From a virus, in the IMG/VR virus record IMGVR_UViG_3300030333_002409, positions 2,698-66,697 of that record: a stretch of 64,000 nucleotides of DNA; one strand, 5' to 3'. Under the pieces are notes generated by a model. The model was given only the letters and a program-made list of their open reading frames with translations. It had not been told where the DNA came from and made no database searches. Both the position numbers and the translations under genes were made by a program. Within the stretch, counting starts at the first letter, position 1. Each line of letters begins with the position of its first letter. This document shows, piece after piece, positions 56,501 to 64,000 of this stretch.

Positions 56501-58807
56501 CTAAAAGCCGCGATTACTGATGTACTAGCATTACGAGACATCGAAGGAGAAGGAACCGGTCAGGGGTCAGGATTTTACCCACAGAGTTTCTATGAGGGAG
56601 ACCTTCGAGATCTAGAGGGCATTGATTTATGGATGAACGACTCTAACTACTCTACGTCAGCATATATTTATGGAAAAGACGGAAGCGAGAGAGAAGTCCC
56701 GTTAAAGAACAATCCATGTGATATCGTCTCCCAACAACTTCAGGCTATTGTCGGGGATTTAGGAGACGGAAATAAATCTTCTGATGATATGAATAGAACC
56801 TTTAATATCACTTCTGGAAATTACGCGGCTAGCGGATCTTCGGTATATTCACAAAATGCTAATGGGGAATGGGGATGGTATCCCGCGAACGATCAGAATA
56901 TACAGAGCAACTGGGGCGGGGACGTAGACCAAGGCCAGTCTCAGCGTATCGATCCAGAAAGATTCTGCATAGATTTTCTAGGAAAAAGCGGTCGATGGAA
57001 ACCTCCGCAGTATGATGAAGTGGCTGAAAGAGAGGGAAAAGATCATGTCACGATTGCTCTTAGAGATGAAAACGGGGGATGGACTTACGAAAGTATAATG
57101 GCTCATTATATAGCAACACAGCTTTGCCCAAACGGAGACACTTCTGCATGGAACCAAGCTTGTGCTTTAGCCGCTACTATTAACGAAGGCAACCCAGATG
57201 TCAATATTTATAGAGGATGGCAAGGAATCGGCAACATCCTCGATCTTGTCGATCCAATGATGGATGACACTGGATGGAGGATTCCATCTTCTCCTTCTGG
57301 AGTAAGAGGTGTCTTAGAGCCGCTAGTTGTTGACCCCGGAGAAACTTTAAAAGAAGACACAAGTGCTCATTCTCTTTATGAGAGAAGAGCATACGAATGG
57401 TTTGAGATTACTCCTCGTCCGGGATTTGATGTTCTTATATCTCCTTCAGGGCATGAGGGGGCTAGAAGAGGAATGGTTACTTCTAACTTGACGGTTCTTG
57501 AACCGGGACAAACGACAGCTAATATACGCGATCATGAATTAGGAGGAGACTACGTTCAAACCGGAGGATACACAAGCTTCTCAGGCTTTGCGACAGCTAA
57601 TCAAAGACACGGCTTTGGTTTAATATACGGTGAAAGCGAGGCTCAGGCTCGTCGTATTAACGAAGAGGGCGAAGCAATCCCATACAATAACGAGGAGTAT
57701 TATGGCATATCTCAAGTATTAATTCCATACTATTCTGACCCTAGAAGTACAGGAGTTCTTACCGATCCCTTTATTGATACCTTACATGAAGTCACACTTG
57801 CAGATGGAACGGTTGAAGAGCAAGGCGTAACTGTTAAACGAGTTCAATACGCGGAACGTCTTTGGGGAGATCTTGTAACAAACGCACCATTGGGCTTTAG
57901 GCGGGACGGAACGCCAAAGCACACTGGCCATCATGGAATTATTACCAATGATGAGGGTCAGTTAGTAACTGAGCTTTCTTTTGATTTCGAAGCTGATGGT
58001 GTTAAATACTTCGCACCTCTGATTGTTCCTGACTCTACGCCTGAAGAGATTCAGTTTATGGCTAATGGAGGCGAGCCTACTACAGAAATGTACGAGAAAG
58101 CCCAACAATGGGCTATTTCTCAGGTATCGCAAGGAAAGAGTCCATTTAAGGAATCCAAGACTGCCCTACAAATGAGAGTTCGATATGCTCAGTTTAAACA
58201 GTTTATTGTTGATAATGTTGACGAAGAAATTATTCTAACAGAAGCAACAGAAGGAGAAGAAGGGTCGCGAGAGAGAGTGCTTAGTGGGCTCGATAATATG
58301 GCAGCTAGGCTTCTTCATATTAAACCCTCTGAGGGCTGGTATCCTGAAGGTGAAACTACTGGGTGGACTATGGAGGAAAGAATGGGCAAGCATCCTACGA
58401 TTGCTGTTTTACATGGTTTTAATAAAGTCTTACTAGATTGTGGTCTTGGAGGAAATCGAGAACTAGACAGAGCTATCGATGATATTCCTATTGGTCCTCG
58501 TGGAGGAATACACTGGGCAAACCAAGGCACATACCGCTACGACTTAAGTGAATTAGATCGAACCAGAACAGGAAGACCAACTTTAGTAATGAGTTTTAAA
58601 AGTGGAGGCAGACAGACCGCAGAGACTAGCAACATTCATTTAAGAGGAAATACTAGCATGAGCGACCCCGGATTCTTTGGGTTACAGTACAGTGGCGAGT
58701 CCACTTTACACGAACTCCGAGGAGCGGATGAAGTAACTACAATAGAAAGTAGACCAGATACCGGTAAAGTTGACGTTACCGTAGATGATGAAGGAGATCA
58801 ATCTTGA
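53522..58807 (+). CDS. Very large internal virion protein (gp15 position, 1761 aa)
   Basis: ORF track; SD AAGGAG; follows the gp14-like gene. Confidence 0.75.
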   Translation: MPAPDSGKRKKVGIESQIQQQNILEDVAQFNVSPEKAPTVTGGHQYQGQAYRANTSNTWQGINAMFQAGTQAVSTGKQLYDMSQDQGAEDERKRIEEEMNRMQEEGIGQQEQWAWLENQKIEYQDQNGVWFGDLRNQTQNISYADQYNDAQTEFAQNAHTMSPAARVTAAKNIQASLPENQRYRADELVTNAMQNQQRSVAANASQAALVDVGLVIDQRMSTFEGTEELLIELESPRPVLDAEGNETEEQFALIEGAYEIARTGDVEELKVFDEWIRAQVVDRLHAQDPGMDAEYVEGVIRNISTSFRKGILEWRDRALILDSAAAQEIGNHAVQLTNGRGPQELDTAITAAAAAVSETHGREESNALAQQLNQKLWTNVWVEASEDEWIAWADETNLPLQMQWFGGSPDDLEGFLSGQELFPEHLMEPWVMNPNNPVHRPLVAKAVMKQKYDDMLRRANEGGETAIRDNLLALGAELEDPNDPSSPIKFGALWDSRRLQEDREILIAISEDALAEQVDTFQSHANNGDLGGMLHGAINMADTETWEEVFKDLPEPIRRQLMEGVRAAGTSLNAAQNFVAELDRSMLKHIEDNMPQWIKQGLDATQAANQASRVYNQYKGDILRSSLPPSQKVEMINGLDSSIGKAEGRIESRMNQIHTASQAGTSQSRARDTANDKLISGEGNTSASVAAMGGETDATVTQVATTHPGVMAAQTLTMERLQGFFPPFETREEEETFFYSQARSLYGVNVPDRRAWLLYQQDKQVIQEWQGGGSFAQVFNKLSPELQKSLHFKLDEETGAVIINPEERIANMSMFKATTEAKYYIEELDSDRNDLTAAHRTTIRKRAVARLQEATDVIDKYYMTLKPGQVPSAQDAEKVQAALAYIVQYGVNFDNSPTAHSIMQTVYNGDRSNITMRSLRVMMPTLKSLYTAQDLGAASPSEILNQMRDGHQNFLVIRSLLTHAQASAPGERTEIFTDASMAVGFLTNGSQDLLKAAITDVLALRDIEGEGTGQGSGFYPQSFYEGDLRDLEGIDLWMNDSNYSTSAYIYGKDGSEREVPLKNNPCDIVSQQLQAIVGDLGDGNKSSDDMNRTFNITSGNYAASGSSVYSQNANGEWGWYPANDQNIQSNWGGDVDQGQSQRIDPERFCIDFLGKSGRWKPPQYDEVAEREGKDHVTIALRDENGGWTYESIMAHYIATQLCPNGDTSAWNQACALAATINEGNPDVNIYRGWQGIGNILDLVDPMMDDTGWRIPSSPSGVRGVLEPLVVDPGETLKEDTSAHSLYERRAYEWFEITPRPGFDVLISPSGHEGARRGMVTSNLTVLEPGQTTANIRDHELGGDYVQTGGYTSFSGFATANQRHGFGLIYGESEAQARRINEEGEAIPYNNEEYYGISQVLIPYYSDPRSTGVLTDPFIDTLHEVTLADGTVEEQGVTVKRVQYAERLWGDLVTNAPLGFRRDGTPKHTGHHGIITNDEGQLVTELSFDFEADGVKYFAPLIVPDSTPEEIQFMANGGEPTTEMYEKAQQWAISQVSQGKSPFKESKTALQMRVRYAQFKQFIVDNVDEEIILTEATEGEEGSRERVLSGLDNMAARLLHIKPSEGWYPEGETTGWTMEERMGKHPTIAVLHGFNKVLLDCGLGGNRELDRAIDDIPIGPRGGIHWANQGTYRYDLSELDRTRTGRPTLVMSFKSGGRQTAETSNIHLRGNTSMSDPGFFGLQYSGESTLHELRGADEVTTIESRPDTGKVDVTVDDEGDQS

Positions 58808-61800
58808 CGCAGTTAGACAAACCCGATTGGAATTCAATGAATGTTCCACTTCCCAAAACTGCTGATGAGCTTTGGGCGGAACGAATCGAGAAGCAGGATA
58901 AAGCTCGGAGAGAGATGCACTTTGCTAGAGAAAATTACTTTAGACATTCTCGCCAATACGGGGAATCTGTAGATAGAAAAGCTAACGATATTAGAACCAT
59001 GCTTCCTCAGGAATATTTTGAGGCGGCAAACTTCAAGATGAAGGCAGACAACTCAGCATGGTTAGAAACTCTCCCTGAAAACTTCCAACAAGAAGCAACG
59101 GAAGAACAAAAGGGTGAGTTTGGGGTAGCTTGGTTTAATCCTTATGAACAAAAAATGGTCTACGGTTTGATGAGTGCAAATGAAGCACTCTTTATGCACA
59201 CTGGTCTAGATCACGCGACAGGACTGGCTAATAGAAACGCTCGGAATCTGTATCTTCGTTCCTCCTTCATTATGAATGAAGATTTAAGAACCCAACTAGG
59301 CGGTGTTTTCTTGAGCGAATACGCTGAGGATAAGGATGATATTGCAGCTTATCGAACAGCTCTTTACAATATTGAGGATTGGACTAACTTAGTCACACTA
59401 GGGGATCCCGGAGTAAAATCCCCGCTCTTAAATAACGTCTTCGGAAGCGGTGTTGAAGACCGGTTCTATACGCAGCCTTCTCACTTAGAGGGGGAAAACA
59501 TTAGTGGACAGATGTTAGAAATATTCAAAACAAATGCTGAGGATCTTTACAACAATCTCGTATTAAACGGCATTGATGTAGATAACATTACTAAGCAAGC
59601 TAGAAATACGCATGAGTTTATGGGGATTATTATGGGGGCTCAGGCTGAGCAGACTATTGGACTGTCTCTTGCTTATTCTGAAATGACCGGAGGACATACA
59701 GCCGATACCGTCTGGGCATTTATACGGGACTCAATAATTGATGATCCCGACTCTGCCGCAGAGCTTGGAATAGGTTTAGCCTTATCTTGGACGGGTGTTG
59801 TTCCTCTTGCTATCGCAGCAGTCAAAGCCGGTAAGATAGCGAAAAAATTATATGAGTTTAATAAGTATATGGAAAAGTCAAGAAAACTTATGACAGCTCT
59901 TCGACTGGTTCGACAGGGACATAAAGTTCTTCCTTCCCAAATCCCAAACACCATCATGACAAAAGTTCTTCCAGATGTGGCTAAGCTTCCATGGTATGCT
60001 CCTAAGAAATTAGGTATTAGAAGTACCGCGAACTTTGTTGAAGGCGTAATGGAAGGTAGTGCTGTCTCCTACTTAGATCAACACCATAGAATTGAATACC
60101 AAGGACAAGAAGGATATCATTTAGGGGGCATGGTAGCTGAGGGTTTGTTAGAGGGTATTGTTTCTATTGGTCTTAACCCAACAATGGGGACTGTGTTTGG
60201 AGGATCCCAAGCAGCTTTAGGCTACACTGCTGGCTGGGTAGGGGATAGATTTGGTCCCTTGGCTACGGGAAGTAACATTCGGGATGCTGTTAATCTTTCC
60301 TTACAGCTAAATAGAACAGAGAGCAGTGATCAGTTCGATGAGGTGATTAGACACTTCCACTTAACTGGAGAAGTTAAATCATTCTTATCTACAGAATTAG
60401 GAAGACCAATTACCAACAAAGACTTAGCAAACGGGTCTCCTATGGGAGAAGCAGCAAGGTTCTTATTAAACACTTTAGATAATAACCACGGTAGTGAGAA
60501 TGATCCTCTCATGGATATATTCAGATCTTATCAGGCGAATAAACTACGGCAAAAACAAAGATGGGAACAACAGAACGAGCAGCGAAAAGAAAAGGGATTA
60601 GATCCTCTTCCTGAACAAAGCTCCCAGCCTGAAGACGTTATGGCTTCTCTTCTTAGAATCGGATATTCTCGACAATTAAGCAGAGGAACGGCAACGATGG
60701 ATTCCGATACCTTTGAACGTTTTGTTCAAGGTAAGTGGATTAATGCCCGTATCCAGAGACTAGCTGACCAAGCTGGAATGAAACCAGAAGAGTATAGAGA
60801 ATGGTTGATGGATCCCGATCACCAAGAGAGGCTAATCGGTCTTGTTCCAGACGAACTGCAAATGGAAGTTAGAAGACGGGTTGGAGAAAAAGAAACATCG
60901 TGGGAGACAGTTAACGACACTCTGAACCAGATTATTAGTGAAAGGTTCGCTGCTGAAATGGATCAAGAAGCCGCTGGAAGAGAGGCGGATGAAGAAGCGG
61001 AAACGGCTGTTGTAAATCTCATAGACTCTATTAGAGAGAAGCTAATCTATGGTGAGGTTCCCTTTATGGATGTCAGGCTCCCTAGTGGCCGTATTATACG
61101 AGTCAGTAACTCAGAGATGGAAGCTCCTGTTATCGATACGCTAGATAGTGTTAGAGAGAAGATCACCGCAAGAAGAGACAAAGCTTTAGAGGACGGGGAT
61201 AGCGAACTTGTCGACATCTTTAATTCGTTCCTTGAAAGATTTGAGGGAATTGCAACAGATGCCCAAGCTACTGTTGACAGCCACGGTATGGATCCGATAG
61301 TCCAAGAAATTACGAGACTTGAAGAAGAAATCGAAGCGGCGAGACAGGACCTAACGGAAACCTTAGCTAAAGAAGAAGATCCTGATTTAAGAGAGCGTAT
61401 TGCCTACATGGAGGAGGATAAGCAATGGGCTTATGGGGATACCGAAGTAATCGATACTTATTATGCTGAGAGAAAGAGAGACGTTCCTCCTCATATTCAA
61501 AGAAGAATTAAAAGATTAGCTCAATTACAGGAAACACTTGAAGGTGCTCAAAACATGTTAGAGGATGCTGGCTACTCTGATATAGTTGGCGGACCTACCG
61601 GAAGTGAAATCCTTGCTCAGCTTATTGGGGAAGAGCGAGGCTATGCTAGAGAACAAGAACGCTATGACGAAGCCCAAAGAAGGGGAACGTTATTATCTCC
61701 TCCGAGAGAAGGAGAAGCCGCAACCGAAGCCGAAGCTGCTCCTGTAGAAGAAGGTCCTAAGAGAATCTATCAAAATCTTACTAAGAGAGAATTAGTTGAT

Positions 61801-64000
61801 CGATTGATAGAGCGTGGTTTGGCGGATGAGAGTCAACGGAAATCCTTAATGAGAGAAAATAAAAACGCTCTTATGGAAGGATTAGAAGACGCAGATGCTA
61901 TGGCTATAAAAGATAATTATGCGTCTCTTAAGAAAAAGGACTTAGTTGATCAGTTAATTGAGAGAGAACTAGCAGACGAAAGTCAGCGAAGCTCTTTAAT
62001 GAGATCTACAAAAGACGAACTAATTGAAGGGTTGACCGATGCGGATATGATGGGAGAAGGTCGAGACCTTGAAGTATCTGAGTTTACTCCGACCGCTACT
62101 GCCGAATCGATTGCTGCGGAAATAGAAGCTGAAGTTGAAGCAGCAAGACCAGAGCCTACGGAACCTATTACTCTTGATGAGTTACTAGATACAAAAGTTG
62201 CTGAAGCTGTTGAGGGAGATGCCGAGCTTGAAGCAAAGGCGGATGAAGTAAGGTCTACCTTCAAACGAGCGGAAGAAATTAATGCCGCTCGAACAGAAAA
62301 AATTAAGGCACGAGAAGAGTTAGAGTTAAAAATGAAAGCAGTCGAGACTGAGCATAAGACTCTGCACGAAGAACTGTTAGGAGAAGATAGCGATTATCGA
62401 AGACTTCAGGAAATTGGAGAGGAGCAGGCTGCTCTCATCTCAGACGCAAACCAAACAACCGCCAAACTTCTTGGGGCTGAAAGAAAGTTACGAAGCAAGA
62501 GTAAAACAGATGTTGTTCAAGCAAAGCGAGAAATGGGAGAACACAATAGAACCTTACGAGACTTGCAAAAACAGCAGACGAGTTTAGGCAAAGAGAAGAA
62601 GCAGGTAGAGAAGAGGCTTAAAAAAACCAGCACGAAGTATAATAAGATGCAGCAACTTAAGTCTGAACTATCAGATCTAGTGACCGAGTGGGATAACTGG
62701 GGAATGCAGGACATTCTCCAAGCCGTCGAACATTACGAGCATGGTCTACGATACAAAGCTTTTGGTCTGATTTCTCAAAATCTTAAACTCATTAACGCTA
62801 AGTGGACTATGGTTAGAACTAATACTGATACCCACTTCGAAACCAACACCACCATAAGCAAGAAGGAATTGGCTCGAGAACTTTATGGGGACCAAGAAAA
62901 TAGTGTGGCTCAGCTTAATCACACATATAAAAAGATTAAGGATAAGAAAGACCTAACTCAGAAAGAAGCTACCGAAGTTCTTAGGAGATGGAGACAAAAG
63001 CAAGAAATGAAGGCTCTTGATCTTAAGGGAGCCCGAGATGCTATTGAATTAACGGGAGATGAGTTTGCTGAGTTAGCACAAGTTCAGTCCAATAATATGC
63101 CGGGAGAGCACATCGATGATATAGATCCCGACAATAATCTGCCTGTATATGTACAGTCTTCAGAAGATGCCGCTAAGAATTCAGAAGGGTGGAATGAAAA
63201 GGTCCACGCTACTACTAGGGCAAATGAAGCGGTACTTCTAAAGCAAGCGTTTAACTTGTTAGCTTATTTAAAGAATACTAGATTTGGTAGTCATGCTAGA
63301 CGAGAGGGAGCACAAGATTCCACTGGACAGGAGAGTAAGGTTGGTACAGCCGGTGAAAAGGAAATCTTATCCTGCCTTCCTCCTCAGCTTCAAGATATCG
63401 GTCCTCATATTTTATTTAATGAGGCTATCACAAATAAAGAACAACTTGGGGAAGCTGTTGGGGACCACAACCGACACCTCGCAAGATATGATGTAGACAT
63501 GGTAACAGATATCGTCTTTACTATGATTGCCGAAGCTACAGCTGGAGACAAGGGAAGAGCTGCTTCAGCTATTGAAGCCTCTCGAACAGCGATGGCTGAT
63601 CCGACAGATCCATACTCAGACTTCGATGTTTACGGATCTATTGCTGAAATTGAAGCTGATATGTTAGCTTCACAAGAAATCTGGAAGATAATGAATGAGA
63701 AGTATGGCTATGCTTTAACCTTGGATAGAACTTCTGGTAAGGTTACTGCACTCAAGAGAACCAGAGAACAATACGAGACACAGGCTCTTGCCTCTGCTGT
63801 TGAGTGGATGGTAGACCATACATCGCTTAGTCGCCTTTCAGAGTTAGCCGAAGAGTTTGGGGTCAATGAAAAAGCTATTCGAAATAAGTTTGGTGGAGAC
63901 CCAGAAAGTCAAAAGGAAGCTACTTCTGAATTAATTGAAGAGGTAGTAATTACTTTCCTTCAACTCAATGATTTAGAGTTAGGGGATTGGGGCGGTACGG
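58804..64000 (+). CDS. Giant internal virion protein, N-terminal part (more than 1730 aa, runs off the window)
   Basis: TTG start overlapping the upstream TGA, with SD GAAGGAG. The frame reads open wherever checked and ends ...GDWGGT. Its absence from the ORF track is consistent with no stop inside the window. Confidence 0.75.
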   Translation, partial: MTQLDKPDWNSMNVPLPKTADELWAERIEKQDKARREMHFARENYFRHSRQYGESVDRKANDIRTMLPQEYFEAANFKMKADNSAWLETLPENFQQEATEEQKGEFGVAWFNPYEQKMVYGLMSANEALFMHTGLDHATGLANRNARNLYLRSSFIMNEDLRTQLGGVFLSEYAEDKDDIAAYRTALYNIEDWTNLVTLGDPGVKSPLLNNVFGSGVEDRFYTQPSHLEGENISGQMLEIFKTNAEDLYNNLVLNGIDVDNITKQARNTHEFMGIIMGAQAEQTIGLSLAYSEMTGGHTADTVWAFIRDSIIDDPDSAAELGIGLALSWTGVVPLAIAAVKAGKIAKKLYEFNKYMEKSRKLMTALRLVRQGHKVLPSQIPNTIMTKVLPDVAKLPWYAPKKLGIRSTANFVEGVMEGSAVSYLDQHHRIEYQGQEGYHLGGMVAEGLLEGIVSIGLNPTMGTVFGGSQAALGYTAGWVGDRFGPLATGSNIRDAVNLSLQLNRTESSDQFDEVIRHFHLTGEVKSFLSTELGRPITNKDLANGSPMGEAARFLLNTLDNNHGSENDPLMDIFRSYQANKLRQKQRWEQQNEQRKEKGLDPLPEQSSQPEDVMASLLRIGYSRQLSRGTATMDSDTFERFVQGKWINARIQRLADQAGMKPEEYREWLMDPDHQERLIGLVPDELQMEVRRRVGEKETSWETVNDTLNQIISERFAAEMDQEAAGREADEEAETAVVNLIDSIREKLIYGEVPFMDVRLPSGRIIRVSNSEMEAPVIDTLDSVREKITARRDKALEDGDSELVDIFNSFLERFEGIATDAQATVDSHGMDPIVQEITRLEEEIEAARQDLTETLAKEEDPDLRERIAYMEEDKQWAYGDTEVIDTYYAERKRDVPPHIQRRIKRLAQLQETLEGAQNMLEDAGYSDIVGGPTGSEILAQLIGEERGYAREQERYDEAQRRGTLLSPPREGEAATEAEAAPVEEGPKRIYQNLTKRELVDRLIERGLADESQRKSLMRENKNALMEGLEDADAMAIKDNYASLKKKDLVDQLIERELADESQRSSLMRSTKDELIEGLTDADMMGEGRDLEVSEFTPTATAESIAAEIEAEVEAARPEPTEPITLDELLDTKVAEAVEGDAELEAKADEVRSTFKRAEEINAARTEKIKAREELELKMKAVETEHKTLHEELLGEDSDYRRLQEIGEEQAALISDANQTTAKLLGAERKLRSKSKTDVVQAKREMGEHNRTLRDLQKQQTSLGKEKKQVEKRLKKTSTKYNKMQQLKSELSDLVTEWDNWGMQDILQAVEHYEHGLRYKAFGLISQNLKLINAKWTMVRTNTDTHFETNTTISKKELARELYGDQENSVAQLNHTYKKIKDKKDLTQKEATEVLRRWRQKQEMKALDLKGARDAIELTGDEFAELAQVQSNNMPGEHIDDIDPDNNLPVYVQSSEDAAKNSEGWNEKVHATTRANEAVLLKQAFNLLAYLKNTRFGSHARREGAQDSTGQESKVGTAGEKEILSCLPPQLQDIGPHILFNEAITNKEQLGEAVGDHNRHLARYDVDMVTDIVFTMIAEATAGDKGRAASAIEASRTAMADPTDPYSDFDVYGSIAEIEADMLASQEIWKIMNEKYGYALTLDRTSGKVTALKRTREQYETQALASAVEWMVDHTSLSRLSELAEEFGVNEKAIRNKFGGDPESQKEATSELIEEVVITFLQLNDLELGDWGGT

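Noticed and set aside
531-62714. Minus-strand ORFs in the track (for example 11993-12685, 17364-17993, 48609-49265)
   Set aside because: They are antisense shadows of well-supported plus-strand genes, with no recognisable motifs.
58804-64000. Giant protein as an N4-type or crAss-type virion RNA polymerase
   Set aside because: I could not find motif A/B/C or a DxDGD motif; DFDVYG near 63620 lacks the third Asp. Not excluded for the sequence outside the window.
1-64000. Integrase, introns, inteins or alternative genetic code
   Set aside because: None evident; the polymerase, RNR, terminase and helicase genes are uninterrupted, and TAA, TAG and TGA all end genes.

Overview
The window holds most of a T7-like podophage genome (Autographiviridae-like), with every credible gene on the + strand. 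It looks circularly permuted, with the physical genome end probably near 7.1-7.6 kb. The order is: C-terminal part of a giant internal virion protein (1-7077), end region, GC-rich early region with a type II hammerhead ribozyme and dense RNA structure, a compact T7-type RNA polymerase (RNAP1, about 700 aa), three hairpin-containing promoter-like repeats, many small acidic ORFs, sulfotransferase-like, DUF932 and citrate-synthase-like genes, three tRNAs with structured spacers, a second T7-type RNA polymerase (RNAP2, about 815 aa), replication genes, class II RNR, then head, tail, three fibre-like genes, terminase and very large internal virion proteins. The main result is a candidate two-polymerase transcription cascade with two distinct promoter classes, both carrying 7-bp-stem/3-nt-loop palindromes, alongside several unexplained structured RNAs. 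A PEP-CTERM-like PSPG-TM-RRRR signal suggests a Planctomycetota (Phycisphaerae) host. All calls come from reading motifs by eye; no database searches were run.
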